From positions 62,001-126,000 of the forward strand of contig CT868043.1 of the NCBI GenBank assembly GCA_000165425.1: a stretch of 64,000 bases of DNA. Reading direction: 5' to 3'. This DNA is from Paramecium tetraurelia. Taxonomy: Eukaryota. Of this stretch, positions 27,025 to 41,899 are shown piece by piece (within the stretch, counting starts at the first letter, position 1; every line of letters starts with the position of its first letter). The translations under genes were made by a program, and so were the position numbers. The notes beneath the pieces are model-generated. The model had not been told where the DNA came from. It ran no database searches and saw only the letters and a program-made list of their open reading frames with translations.

Positions 27025-28521
27025 ATGAGTAAGCGAAGGCTAAACTTACAAAGTATGAATGCATTTGAATCATTAGAGAATAATTTCTGACTCTAGCCAA
27101 AATGTGTTAGAGTACGAGTACTCAATAATTGTTGAATAAGAAATAGCCATCCCAATAAAAACCTGTGTTGGCAAGTTAGTTGAATATTACTCCAAGAAAT
27201 AACACTCCAAAAAGTTGTAGAACTGCACAGGAAGTATATTCATTGGTTTAAATCATAGATGAAATATTTTCTTTATCAAAAGAATCTAGTTAAAGACTCA
27301 ATCAATAAGCCTTAGAATCATTCTTAATTGCTCCCAAAGACTAAGAACAGTTTGCATCGTAATTTCTCTTAGTTGGAAAAATCATCAAACAGCTAGTAGA
27401 ACAATGGGTAATCAACGGCACCGAATACTGTAAAAAAAAAATACAATTTGCTTTCAACTGACTCAGCAAATAAACTAGATTATCGTTTCTCCTCTGTTCA
27501 GTTTGCATAACAAATAGTCTAACAATTAAAAAAGAAGTTTGAACCGCAGTAACCACAACAAAAGAAAGAAAACTTGCATGTTAGCTTAGATGACTTTGTG
27601 ACTTAAATAAACAGACCACAGTCTATTATTTCCCCCTTCAAACAGACCAAATCGTTATCCCCTTCAACAAGAGTCAATAATGTTCCTTCCAAAAGTATTC
27701 ATCCATCTTTCAAATTTAGAATCCCTTTATTATGTCTCATCCTTGGTGGAATCCTTCAGACACATTTTGCCATAAAATCAAGAACAACAACTCTTCAGGG
27801 ATCATGCTGTATAAACATTTAATTGTGTTTCGTTCTGTGTAAAATTGCAAGAAGCAACATAACTGATTTTGGAACAAAAACGAATGGACATCCCTATGAA
27901 ATCACATTATAAATGTATCATCAATTCTATAGATATGTAGTCAAGAAAACTGTTGTATTCGATCTAGATGAGACTCTGATACATTGTAATGAGAATCAAA
28001 ATCTGAAGGCGGATGTCTATTTACCAATCACATTCCCTTCTGGAGATACAGCCCAAGCTGGCATCAATATACGTCCCTATGCTAAATGGATCTTGTAAGA
28101 GTTGAGCCAACTTTGCGAGGTCATAGTTTTCACAGCATCTCATCAATGCTATGCTAGTTAAGTGATTAAATTTCTGGATCCAAATTCAAACCTCCTCTCT
28201 GGTTAATTATTTAGAGATCGATGTGTGTTGTCCTAAGATGGAGTACACATCAAAGACTTGAGAGTCTTGAATAGAGATCCCAAGGACATAGTCTTGGTTG
28301 ATAATGCAGCTTACAGCTTCGGAGTTCATTTGGAGAACGGAATCCCAATAATTCCATTTTATGACAATAAGGAAGACAAGGAATTGAAAATGTTATATGA
28401 TTTCTTGGTTGACCAGGTATTGCCTGCGCCAGACTGTAGAATAGTTTTGTAATCGGTTTTCAGATTAAGGGAGTATTACAACTATGGAGAACCAAAACAA
28501 GCGATAGAGAAATTATATTGA
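27025..28521 (+). CDS. NIF/FCP1-SCP family CTD-like phosphatase
   Basis: KTVVFDLDETLIHC, IRPYA, VFTASHQCYA, FRDRC, IKDLRVLNRD, LVDNA. Confidence 0.92.
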
Positions 28522-28619
28522 TTTTATATATAGTTTGATGATTTACATTTAACAGGGAATTCGCAATTTGGAGTATAATATAAGGAAATTAAAATAATTA
28601 TTAATTTTTACCACAATTA

Positions 28620-30105
28620 ATGACTCTTTCTATAACCATTTCTCAATAGATCAAGGCTTATAATTTGGCTGCATGTCCAACCCTGCCTGAATTCCTGGAA
28701 ACAGCTTACAAAACTCAGAAGTCTTTGAAAAAGAACGAGCAATTTCGCAAGCGCATTGAGGTCATCCAAGGGTTTGAATTCAACACTGCCTCAACCCAAA
28801 TCGAAGAGAGCAAGGATCAATAGTATATTGTTGCAGCAGGACTCTATGCTCCATCAATAAAGATATTCGAAACATCATAATTGTCCATGAAATGTAGTCG
28901 AGGCCTTGATTCAGAGATAGTAAAGTTTTGCATATTGGGGGATGATTATAAAAAAATAGCTATGGTTTGTGAGGATCGTAATATTGAATTACATGCCCAA
29001 TATGGAAAGCATTTCAAACTGAGAGTTCCCAAATAACCAACTGACATGGTATTATTTATAAGTACTATTTAGATTTATAATCCTTACAATTGTAATTTAT
29101 TGGTGTCCTCTTAGAATGAAGATATCACTAGATTGAATCTAGAACTTGGTTCATTTGTAGAATCATACACTCTTTAATAAGAGACAGGTGTGAACTGTTT
29201 GAGTATGCACGACTCATTGTAATTGGGTCTTGTGGGAGGCAATAAATAGCTGAGTATCATAGACTTTAGAACCGATTAAGTTGTTTAGCAATTGGGAGTG
29301 AGTGATGTCACTAGCATAGCTACTCAGAATCTTTAGGTTGCTTTGGGAACTAAGGAAGGCTAAATTAAACTATTCGATTTACGAAAGCACATACCAATTC
29401 ATGTCCATTAACATTAATATAGATTACCTATCAAGAAGATCGTTATGAATGATGATATGATTGTGTCTTGTGATGCAAAGATATTAAAATTCTGGTAGGG
29501 AAATCGTCTGTTCACTAACATAGAACCATAAAGTGAGATAAATTCATTTACTTGGGTTAAGAACTCAGGAATGTTTTTATTAGCATTGGAATAACCAAGA
29601 ATGGGTATTTATTTCATTCCATAATTGAATGCTGCTCCTAAATGGTGCCCATTTTTGGATAATTTGACTGAAGAAATGGAGGAAGAAGAACAATAAACAG
29701 TTTATGATGAATATAAGTTTTTATCATATGAAGAGTTGGAGAAATTGGATGCATTGCATTTATTAGAAACAGCCAATGTTAAAGCCTTATTCACATGGAT
29801 ATCTTATTCATTTGAAATTGTATCTGAAATTAAGATAGCAAAAAGGTTTGGATTTTGAAGATTACAAGTAGAAAAGAACTTAATAAAATTATGAAAAATA
29901 ATTGGAAGCTGAAAGAATCAGCAAAGGTTATGTAATACCTGAAGAACAACCAGAAGTTGAGTAGCCTGTAAAATAGGTTGATCCAAGATTTTAGAAGATG
30001 TTAAAGGATAATGATTTCACAGTAGATAAGAAATCAGAAGCATGGAAAAGAGCTCATCCTAGTGAAGTAAGAGTCAAGAAATAAATAAATAAGAACAGGA
30101 GATGA
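28620..30105 (+). CDS. NOL10: Nucleolar protein 10 / Enp2 (WD40 + NUC153); apparent +1 frameshift at ~29772
   Basis: [66 protein letters not shown]. Confidence 0.9.
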
Positions 30106-31130
30106 ATTTTTTGATCTATTTCTAAGTTTTAGTTTGTATATATAATTATTTTATATATAAATTAATGAACAACTTTTAAAAATTTAGCCATGATAATTGA
30201 AGAAATCTTTGGCAATTAAAGAATCTATATTCCTACCACTTCGATTGAAGTGATTTCTCATGAATAAATAGTATCAATAAAAATGAAATGAGCCAAAAAA
30301 TTCAATCAAAAAATAGATCATCAAATATATTACTTTATGAATCTCATGGAAAGAGGAGACATCTACCTTTATTCCAATAGCAAATATATTTGTTAGATAA
30401 GTGATTTTTGTAAAGGTTGATATTATGCAGCACAATAATATATTAATATGCATTATGTTGAAGTAAATATTTATTCAATTTATGGTCAGTGTAAAATATG
30501 CAAAGAGTACTAGTGTACTAGATTTTGTTTATTTGTAATGATTTATCTCAAATCATTCGATCTATACATAATTGGTACACAAGATTTAAGTTAAAATAAA
30601 TTGGTTTAGATGTTGGTGGTTCAAGAATCACATGTATATCTGAGACTAAGAATATTCCTTAGGATGATTCAGCTATAAAGTCTCTTTTTGAATTTGTGCT
30701 CTACTAATTTGAGAAAAGTAATAAAAATATTGTAAACATTTACTTTGTCTACGTAATATTCGAACCTGGAATTCATTAATTCTTAATATGTATTACGGAT
30801 TACAGAAATGTTCCATCCTTGATCTGACTAAATAAGAATATTAAGATGAAATCATATGAATTAAAAATACATACTTAAATATTAAACAATATTGAATGAG
30901 TTAGGAATTATCATTTATAATTATTACAGACTTGAGTACAAATTTATAAGGATTAAATGTCTTGTAGATAAAAAATAGAAATGTAATATTGTTGAGTGAA
31001 TAGCTGAGGTCGAATGCAGTCTCTTCACTTGTGTTGAGTAAGTGTAAGTATTCATCTTGATTGGTATTTTCGGTGAGGAGCTTTTGTGATAAAAAAATTA
31101 TTTTAAATTAAAATAAATCCTTATTTAAAT

Positions 31131-31797
31131 ATGGCAGAGGAATAAGTTGTCACTGTGAAATTCGCCAATTAGCCAAAACTTTTCGGAAAGTGGGACTACG
31201 ATGAAGTCTAAGTAACAGACCAATGTTTCAAAGACTATATTGCAGTTCAAACATCTAAATCAAGAGTCTTCGTTCCACACACTGCTGGAAGGTACAGCAT
31301 CTGAATCCATATCTATTTAGATATTAGAGAAAGAAGTTTAGAAAGGCTCAATGTCCAATTGTTGAGAGATTGGCTGGTGCTCTTATGTTCCATGGTCGTA
31401 ACACTGGTAAGAAGGTGAAGGCTGTCGCTATTATCAGACATGCTTTTGAAATCGTTCACTTGCTCACAGGAAAGAATCCTCTTGCAGTTTTATCATTGGC
31501 TGTCCAAAGAGGAGGAGCAAGAGAAGATTTCACCAAAGTCGGAACAGGGGGTGTGGCTAAACAATAGGCCGTTGATGTTGCTCCAATCAGAAGAGTCAAT
31601 GAAGTACTCAGACATAATAATTTAAGGCTGTTCACAATTTGGCTAAGGGAGTTAGAGATTCAGTCTTTAAGAAGATGAAGACCATTGCAGAAGCACTTGC
31701 TGACGAGCTTATTGCAGCTGCCAACGAAGATGGACAAAAATCATACACAATCAAGAAGAGAGACGAACTTGAAAAAGTCGCAAAAACAAATCGTTGA
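31131..31797 (+). CDS. RPS5: 40S ribosomal protein S5 (uS7)
   Basis: [49 protein letters not shown]; two introns. Confidence 0.97.
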
Positions 31798-31838
31798 TTT
31801 ATTTTTAGTATAATATATTATCTATATTTAATATACAT

Positions 31839-33185
31839 TCAATCAAGCATTTTCAATTCCAATTCTGTGCTATTTTGTGATATTACATATTTTTTGTTGT
31901 TGAAATATTTTGAGTCTCTGTAGAAGAGCAGATAATTCATTGAGGCTCCTAAGAATGAAATCAGGAGTAGAATTCCCAACATATTAGAGTAAGAGGCTTA
32001 GGTTTCCTCTTAGACTACTTTGCCAATAAAAATGGACGCAAAGGAAATTCCCACACTAATACTCGAATAGACAAAGCCAAAGGCAGTTCCAGACAATTAA
32101 GGAGACACCACCATTTGAATGCAAGGCCATAAGGTTACAACATAGGCAGCAAAAAATATTCCATTCAATAATTAGCTGATGGCAGGAATTACCAAACAAG
32201 TGGTCTCACAATTTGGCATGAGATACACCAATGAAAACACACTCATTTGAATAAGGCTTGTTATTTATAATCCTTGCATTCTATACCCATGTTTGTCAAC
32301 CAAATGACCTAAATATGGAGCTATGAAAATAGCCATGTAACAAGGCAGTCCATAGAGTGTGGCTGCAGAGTAAGATGATAAATGATACCTATAAATGAAT
32401 GAAAATATCATATTACATAGTCTTAAACATTTCTGCATTATTGTAGGAGTATATGTAATAGCTTGTATAGCAGAAGATGGAACTCAATGCAATGATGTAA
32501 AAGTCAACATTGAATTAGGTTAATAAGGAGAATGAAAAGTGAGGCATGCTCTCTTGTTTGGCTTCGACTTAATACATCTTATCAATAGCTGTAACAGTAT
32601 TCAGACCGATAAATGAAAACATAGAGAGCAAAAGACACGATAATATAGCCGTATCCAGGCTATAATTGTTGACTAGGTAGGGTAGCAGAATTGTAGATGC
32701 AATGGTACCGCCACAAATGAATGCGGTGTCAACGCTTATAATAAGGTTACTGTTACCTATAGGCAAATGAGGCCTCTTTAAACCACTTGGCTAAAATTTT
32801 GTAAATTCCCACATAGCAACTTTCCAAAAATAATCCCATAAAGAATCTTCCTATGAGCATCAGTGTGAAGCAATTCAAAATAATTGACAAGTAGCAAAGA
32901 ACTAATATATAATTATTCTTAACATGTGCCAAAAATGATGAACAGCATAAATCCAAAGAGTCCTCTTCTTGTTCCGTATCTATCCAGCAACATTCCTCCA
33001 ACAAAGGGCATAACAATATTGGGAAAGGATCTGAATGAAAACAATAGGTTTATTTGAAATTGATTCACGAGGAAATGATCCTTGATCTCAGTAGCCAATA
33101 GTGATGGGTAATCCACGAAGGCTCGGAATGAGAATTAAGACAAGCTTGTTAGAAAGAGAATGACCCATTTGGTTTATGGTTTCAT
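31839..33185 (-). CDS. MFS transporter (MFSD1-like)
   Basis: SFPNIVMPFVGGMLLDRYGTR, MLIGRFFMGL, WPCIQMVVSPQLSGTAFG; multiple TM segments. Confidence 0.88.
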
Positions 33186-33685
33186 ATAATATTTAATTGA
33201 CGTATTACTATAAATTTTAACAAAGTGCTAATTTAGAAATGTGCTTACTATCACGCTTTATATTGTAACTAATTTTCACCAACCAATTGATTTAGTTATC
33301 AAGATTGCAACGCTTTCTCTTCTAAAAGAGAATCACCAATATTCCGAGTGGAATTGAAACTACACCCATTTTTTTGGGCCTACAAAAATGTGTAGCCATT
33401 TCTCTTCAAATTCAGTACTTTACTCCTAATTGTGTAATGGATGGGAAGTAATATAAATTTACTATTCTGAAATTACATAATTTATCATTTATATTAAATT
33501 CAGAAATTTTAATCTTTAACCCCTTATCAAGAAAATTAATTGAATCTTTGGACAGCAAACAAAAGAATAAATATATGTATTGAATTCTAATTTTTAATTC
33601 TTCCATGACCTGGAAAAGTGTTTTTATCAGGCCATGAAACCCCAATATTGAATAATTCGAAGATAAAATAAAATGATTATAATAA

Positions 33686-34738
33686 ATGTTAAAAAGTTAA
33701 TCAACAGAACTATTTGTCAGTCCTGAGGAATTACAGAGAATCACATTCTTTGCCACTCAGAATCAAAGAAACAGCCATAAATCCAATATCCCCGCTGCCA
33801 AACAGGAGGAATACACCTTTAAGCCTCAGGTAAGAAATAATGGGACAATTAATCGTAGATCAACAAGAAATCAGCCACCATCCAAAGAACAGTTGATGAT
33901 CTCCTAAGATGGAATGAAAGGAAATCACAAAGATTGCAACAGTGCTATGATGATACTGTAAATGTGCATCCCAATCAAATAGACATAAGAATTGCAATAG
34001 AATGCCAACCGCTTGACACACGAAGTTGACACAAATTAGCCGAGTGTTTTCGAGAGATTGTATGTAGTAAGGAAGAGTAATGAAACCATTTAATGTAAAT
34101 GTTCCCTTGAAATTCATTTATAATTAGAGACCACCAAGCGTAATACCTCCGACTCGCATCCTTACTTCACCAAGAATATGTCCAACACACTTTACTCTGA
34201 ATACAAAAAGTAAATCAGTGGCTCTCCAGAATAACAAGAGAGTGAATATCAACAAGTCTAAGAATAAGAAGTACCAACTCCCCAAAAAGCATGTCTGCCC
34301 AACAGATTCTATTTTGATCAATCAGAACAGCAACAAAATACTGAACCTGAGGTATCATATTATATCCTATTCTACAGCCCAAAGTCACAATTCCATAGCA
34401 CATGTTTGTAGATTTTAGATAACAAATCAAATAGATTAATGAGGAACCAGAACCAGTACCTTCCAAAAAGCCTTTGAATAGGAAAGAGATAGATCTCATG
34501 GTGGAAAGGTAAAGTATACTTAATATCTGCAATTAGAATGAACAATTGGCTTCAAAAAAGAAACTATAAGGTCTAAGAACAATGGGATAGACAAATCCAA
34601 AATGAATCCAACGAATGTACTTTCTATCCAAAACTTAGCTGCGTCAAACAACCAAAAGCACAGCAATCTATACAAAATTCTCAAAGAGTTTCATAACAAT
34701 CCTCATATTCCAATTTATTCAAAAGCAAGAACAATTGA
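33686..34738 (+). CDS. Hypothetical protein with YTFKPQI / VFERLY / ECTFYPK motifs
   Basis: Open after removal of about five tiny introns; motifs typical of protist cytoskeletal proteins (inference). Confidence 0.65.
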
Positions 34739-34788
34739 TATTTATCTATTTCATTATATATATATAAGTATTATAAATAATCGGTTCC

Positions 34789-36242
34789 TCACTAATCCTC
34801 CGCCTCCGTTTCTGACATTACACTACTTATTATATTATTAATACTTTCTCAAGTTCTCCTTAACTTAATTCACCAATAAGTCATAATCTTATAATGCCAC
34901 TCCCCACACTTTACAAAATGACTTCACTACTTCTTCCACATTGTCACTCCTTCTCAATGCCAACCTCCCAACCTTACTAGGACCAATCTTGATGTCAATA
35001 TAAAGAATTGGAATTTCCTTCTAAACCTTGCCTCTCTGTAACATGTCTGGTGGAATAAAAGCCATCCTTTTCACTTTTTCATATTTCTCCCCACTTGGCT
35101 TATGGTTTAATTCAATTTCTCTCAAATGCCTTTGATCATTTGCTCTTCTCAATCTCTCAACTGCCTAACCATACCCATTGACTCCAACCTGCTCCATATC
35201 AGGCATACACCCATTTATTTAAGGTTAAAATGAGCATTTACTAAACTCCTAGTCTTACTTCTCAATTTCATTTTATTTAATCTATTCTTCCACCTCCTAT
35301 CTTGTCTTCACTTTATACAACCTATCAACCACATTAGGCAATTCCTTCCTAGATATTATTTATGGTTTGAAAGTGCATTATTTCATTTCCTCAGTTTCCT
35401 ACTCTAATTTGAGCTAATTTATTTTTTAATTCGATTATTATTTCTTTCTATAGAGTTAAGTCACTTTACTATCTGTTGATCTTTATGAATGCTAAGATTC
35501 TTGATTTTCCCTTTTGCATGACTCCCGTAACAATGCTTCACTAATTGGGTTGATACTTGGCTTGAATGTATGTGTTTTCTCGTATGTATCTATTAGATTC
35601 TATGCTAGATTAGCTTTTAAATAGCCTGTTTTAGCTCCTGATAGTCTTGTTTTTTGATACAGCTAAAATTCCTAGCAAAATCTCAAAATAGATTCGTGAT
35701 CAACTTGTTTTTCCAAAATCTTCTCCAAGTAGTCTATCATTAGAGATGCTGACTTTGCTGGCTCCAAATTGTTTGGGTCTTGGATGATTCTAAAAAAACA
35801 AAAGGCTGCTTGAATATCCGCGTATTCCTCTCCCTGTGATACTATAGCAAATGCCTTCTCATGTAAATCAATTTCTAATTGCCTAAGAGTAATAACTAAT
35901 TTTAAAACCTTTATGATTGACTGTTGAGTCCCTAAACTTCCATTTCATAATTTTAATCGTATGATATTGCTTGGAATATATCTAACATTGTAAATATCCT
36001 TCCCATTTATTAAATATTCACTTAACCCTCGTTTTTCTCATCTACCTCTTGCATTATCTAAATTTACAAATTTCAAATACTTCATTTAATTTTTACTCCA
36101 AACGAGTTGCTAATAGCTTTGTACTTGATTAACTCATTAATTTTTATTAGCTAAGTACTTGCTTACCAGTTTTGTTTGATTTATTATTTTTTGAACATAT
36201 TTGCTCTATTAGTTCTCGTTCCCTTTCCGATAAATTTATCAT
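34789..36242 (-). CDS. Hypothetical coiled-coil protein with HTFKPSI / CTFKPQI / VVDRLY / CSFQPQI repeats
   Basis: Long table-6 frame with repeated FxPxI motifs. Confidence 0.65.
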
Positions 36243-36577
36243 TATTGTTATTTATTATTTTTAATTTGTTTATTAAACATAATCAAAATTAATTAACGAT
36301 TCCTAAGCTGGACTCCCTACTTTAGATAAGACTTAGAGTTAATTTAAATATCATATATATATATTATTTAGCAATATTTTCATACCTCGATCCTTATTGA
36401 TCTCATTTATATTATAATAAATTCAAGATATGAATTAAAATATCAATTATTATATATTTGATGCAAGGTAAGTATCAATTAGAAGCCATTTTAATTGTTA
36501 GTTTTTCAATTTTTGTATTAATAATATGGTAATAAGAATCTTAAAAATTATATATAATAAATATTTAAACATCTTTT

Positions 36578-37870
36578 TCATTAATATTCCCTTTCTTATA
36601 GGCTCTTATTAGAATGGTACTAAATAATATAGATTATGGAGGAATACCATTTCACTAATTGATTTTTATGATCCAATTGATTTGGTTTATTTTTACATCA
36701 TTTTGCCTGTTTTATCATATTGATCGATAAATTCTTAATTCTCATTCTCGTCTTCAGTCTCTGGTTCAATTAACTGTAATATTAATCAATGCTATATATT
36801 TACTTCAGATATATGAATTCTTCTATCAATAAATTCTTCATCTGGCAAGACTTCTTTAAAAATTCTCTTTCTATCTTCTAAATCCATTCCATAGAGATTT
36901 TCTGCCTTAACGATATCTTCTGGAGGAACCTATACTCCATCCAGATTTCTCAAACCTGGCAATTTGTATAAGACTTACCATCTATAGTATCTTCTGTTTT
37001 ATATTGGGTTGTAACAAAGATCAAGGACACTAAGAAATACTAGATTTTCCAGAAAAGACAACTCTTTAATCCTGGAAATCTTATTGTTTGCCATTCTCAA
37101 TTCTCTGACTGAGATAAGATCAACAATTCCATTTAGACTCTTAATTTAATTTTGAGAGAGTTCAAGTTTCCTCAACTTTGGTAATTAAGTCAAACCATCC
37201 AGGATTGTAATTTCATTCCCAAATAGATCCAATTCGGTCAGATTCATTCCATCCAAATTTTCAATATGATCAATATGGTTGTTAGCCAATTTCAAAACTT
37301 ACAAGTACTTGTTTTTTTGAACTCCTTCAATCTGCCTAATCTTGTTATAGGAGAGATTCAAATAACGAAGAAAACGATGACAACTGAGGTCTGGAATTAC
37401 TTCAATTTCGTTGTTGCTGCAATCTACATCCATTATTTGCAATGGAATATGCCTGATATATAATAATGAAATACTTTAAGTCCAATAATTTTGTCAATCT
37501 GTTATTGCTAGCCTTTAATGTAATTATATATTTCAATCCATTTAATGGTTTGAGTGACTTAATAGAGTTATTGCTGACATCAATGTGTTAAAGATGTTTG
37601 AATTTCTCAATCCCCTAATCATAATAGATATGTGAGTAATACATGTAAACTAGTTAAGTCTAAATTATTTGCCATGAAACTCAAATATGCATAATGTTAT
37701 CCTTCAGCAGTTTTACCATATGTAGTTAGAGCCTTCTTCAACACATCTTCTGAAATCGGTTGCTTTGCTTCTTTTTGTTTACCAGCCTATTCTTAAGCAA
37801 AAGAAAACGAAGAAAGAGAGACCTAATAAAGCTTTTCCTTATAAAAGGTGTCCTTGATTAAATGTGTCAT
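36578..37870 (-). CDS. Leucine-rich repeat protein (LRRC23/LRGUK-like)
   Basis: About ten LxxLxLxxNxI repeats and LRRcap (NPI..YYRWQVLYKLPGLRNLDG). Confidence 0.8.
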
Positions 37871-38392
37871 TTTTATAATACTTTATTGATAATATAAGAA
37901 TAAAATACTAAAATGATTAAATATCATGAACAAAAACACCTATCCAAAGGGGATTACAAATTATGTGAATAATTGGTTACTCAAGGATTTATAGAAACTC
38001 AATTATATAACGATTGAATACACTTTATTGGGAGATATTGTTTGGTTACTAGCATTGATGATCACGTAAATTTTTGATTATTATTATAACTACATTTGCA
38101 TTGAAGCTGATTATTATAAAAGGATTTACTAAATTAGACAGAACTATCATATTTTATGAGATTGGGCGATTAAGTAATTTACAATTATATCATGTCATAT
38201 TTGATTTTCTTTTTAATGTTCAGTCATATACTAAATATATATTTGAATAATATCTGTTCTTGTGATTGATAATTCAATAAGTTCTTTAAGACTCTTCCTC
38301 ACTTGTTAATAGACATTGAAATAAAATTTTAAATTTATTAATTTTGAATATATAACTTTTATCCATACATTTATTACTTAATAATATATATC

Positions 38393-40466
38393 TCAATCTT
38401 GCTTTTAATTTTATTAACTCTTTGATTTGAATAACTTATATCCTAAATACAAGATAAATGAGCCAGAAAAAGCTGATATTATTCCTACTTTCGACTTGAT
38501 TCCACTCTTCACAATGAATGAAGAAGCACCAGTAGCAACAGCAACAGAAACACCTAATATACCAATTTCTTGGGGCACTTATTAAAGTATTTACGAAAAA
38601 GGTGTATTAGTATCACTTTTGTGAGATCTAATTGACGATTATTATTCGATATTAGTTTATGGTAACAAAGGTTCTTAATTTTGAACTTATTAAGTTTGAC
38701 TTTCAACAAATTAAGGAACTAATTCTTATTTTTAATTGAATGACTTATTCTCTTAATCCACTTGCTATACTTCTACTTTAACAGCAGCATCATGACTTAC
38801 TTAAACTTATAATTATGGCTTTTGTTCAATGACTTCTCTTTTCTCAACATTAACTATTTCATGAGATGGTTGATTTTCTATAAGAGTTTGAGCTTATTAT
38901 ATAACATGAACCTTCTCTTCTTCTTGAACTAATTGTGTTTATTGTTACTTTGCTTCCACCTTTACTATTTATTAAGGTTCAGAACTAGCTTTAGTATCGT
39001 TAACCTAAATTTCTGTTTAAGGAGCTTTGACAGAAATTTGAGTCTATTTCTATTATTCAATAATTGCTTATGATTTATGTTCAAAAGAGTGTGGACGGGG
39101 TTGAACTTATTCGATGAATTGATTGACCTCTAGATTAACTACAGAGTGTTCAAGAAGAGTTGTAGTTTATGCGTTAATTGGAATTTCAACTTAAGGACGC
39201 TTCTCCACTTGATTCTCTAAGTTTCTTGATTCCAAATTGATTTCTGGTTTTGAAGCATCTTAGTGAACTTCTAATTACACAGCTGGTGCTTCTTATATGT
39301 ACACACTTTCATTTGGCTTTTCTGTTTACATTTTTGTACTCTTCTCTGTCACAATTTTACTTTAATGATTTTAAATTTCAGTCTAAGCCTAGCTTTGATT
39401 TTCTGATTTCTGTATGATTACCTCTTATCTATTTTATGGTTATTTCTCTACTTCGATTTATTAGTGTTATTCTATATGTGTTTTTGGTTAGATTTCAATA
39501 TGGGTTTGTTCCACTTATTTATCCATTTTTTATTCTTAGACTCTCTCCAAAATGACTTCATCATTTTATTTCTTTAAATTGGTTTTTGGAGCACCTTCTA
39601 TAAGTACTTGGTCATTTTATTTTTCCACAACAATGGGAGCCTATACATTCAAAACAACTTCCTATTATTAAGTCTAAGCATTGAGAGGTTACTAGATTGG
39701 ATCCTATTAGTGTTGTTAAACTTCTTTTTATTTTTTTTGGCTTGATACACTTGGTTTTGAAGAGGGTTTCATTGTATTTTCATTTGTAGAATCAGGTGCA
39801 GATTAAGTTTGCAATTTGAGTTCTTCAATTTAATGTTATAGTTCCTTTTTATTTTATCCTTGAGTTTCGTTTTCGTATTAATGATCTTGATTTTTGATAC
39901 TGTCTACTTATAAATTAGAAGTTCCAGAACTAATAATTTCTACTTTTTCCTGTTATTGTTGTTATTACTTTTCAGCTGTCTATTAAATTTAAGTCGTAGA
40001 TTTGTCTCCTTAAGAAACTTCTTAAGAGACCTACTCTTGAGGCTATTGAACTTCTTCTTATGTTTTAATTGACTCTTCTTGGGTCTTTGTGATGCTATCC
40101 TCTTATTTTTATTGTTACACATCTCCAAACTAGTTGTGGTCATTTTCCTCATCTTTTGTTGTTTCCTGATGAGCATTATGAATATCTTTTTGTTGATCCT
40201 ATTGTTATTATTATGTAATAGAATTTTAAACTTAAACTTATTCTTGTGCTTATTCCTTATTTTCGACTTTCTATATTTATTCTTGAGCTTATTCAATGTT
40301 TTAATCTGAAATAAATTAAATTACTACTTTATTCATTTTTAATTTCCTAATCCTCTACTTTTTTATCTATGTCTTGTGCTGATTGTATTTGATCTTCTTA
40401 TTCGGTTTGATCTGTATTTTGATCTTATTTATTTTTTGTATTTTATCTCTTATTTTTTCTTGGCAT
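38393..40466 (-). CDS. Low-complexity Q/E/V-rich protein with C-terminal hydrophobic segment
   Basis: Long table-6 frame; GILGVSVAVATGASSFIV near the end; last exon and stop uncertain. Confidence 0.6.
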
Positions 40467-41116
40467 AGAAATTAAATTTATTACTAATCACTTAATTCCC
40501 ATTGATAAAATTTATAGTAAAATAACTCTTATATATTGTAAAAACTAAGTCATCACAATCAAAATTAATATAAATGTATTTTGAATAATATAAGCCCCGT
40601 AATTTTAACCATTAATTTACTTTGACTCTCTATTCTCCAAACTTACTCTACTATACATAACCACGTAGGTCTACCACATTTAAGCTTCGTATTTTAATGC
40701 ACTTTAATAAATTCCATATTCCCTCTTGTTTCTTCATCATGGCGATAACAATTTCCTAAATAATGATACCAGCATTGTTTATATAAAATATCTATGTGAC
40801 TAAAATTATCGATTGCTTATTTGGTCATCATTCAAAATACACTTCATAATTAGTAATGATAATACCTCTACTCAATTACTTCTCTAATAAATTATTACTT
40901 AATTACTACATAACCAAATAGATTGTTTTATCTACTTTATTTTCTTCTATTATTTGATCGATTGTGGAATCTATAATTTAATATATTTGATTGATTCCAG
41001 TAATTAAAATAATTACATTTCATACTCACTTACTGCAATAACAAAATTTAGTTCTCTTTTCACCAAAGAAGAGTATAATAGATATGAATAATAAACTTTC
41101 AATATTATAATGAATC

Positions 41117-41899
41117 TCATTCTTAAACAGCCTTAGCTAATACAACAGTTGAAAATGACACTTCATTTGGATCTCTTTCAAAGAACTTTTGAATGACTTT
41201 AGACACATCAGCTAAAAATGTTTCTGGAGTCGATTTGCCATGATTAATGGGAAATTACTATTTAATTTAAGATTGTAGTTTACTTTACAGCCATCTAATT
41301 CATAGATATCACCATCCTTTAACACAAAAGCTATGAAATGACGATCGACATCATCACAGCAAGCGCTTTCCCCTTATTAGACAGCCTCTTTATGAACCTG
41401 TTTGACCTCTTTAGCTTATTTTAACGCTTATCCAATTTCCTGAGGAGTCTTCCCTTAAGCTTTCTTTTTAAAATCTGCCAAATAGCTTCCCTCTTGAATG
41501 ATGGCATTGTCAGCATTAAGAGCCACATGAACAATGGCGATTGTGCCACAGGCATTCATAGCAAATTACTTCATATAGAAAAGATTTGGAGAAACATGTT
41601 AACTAAATACATCCACTCACGATACCCTTTCTCTTAAATTTAAGCTGCTTCTTATTCTACAAATTGCTTCGTGTTCTCTTTGAGTGGAAAATTAAACAAC
41701 ACTCCATAGATTGGTTAGGGAATCATCTCGAAAGCCCAATCTTCAAAACCCAGCAGATCATGGAATTAGGCTAGTTCCAAATTAATGCCTTGTTTTGTTA
41801 ATGCTCATAAGACATACCGAGTTTGATTGCTTATTCGTTCATAACTTGGGGATTGGATTCAAGAGGCATCCAATTATCATCTTCTTATTCAGCATCCAT
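41117..41899 (-). CDS. UCHL3: Ubiquitin C-terminal hydrolase, peptidase C12
   Basis: WMPLESNP, QFAMNACGTIA, HFIAFV, LDG; three introns. Confidence 0.93.

Noticed and set aside
30160..31095. Relatively GC-rich stretch upstream of RPS5 as snoRNA, or a PP2C-like remnant
   Set aside because: No convincing C/D or H/ACA architecture; reads as an ATG-less coding remnant on the minus strand and cannot be assigned
33335..33400. Imperfect hairpin CTACAC-CATTTTT...AAAAATG-TGTAG
   Set aside because: Short, relies on A/T runs, no ncRNA boxes; compatible with chance
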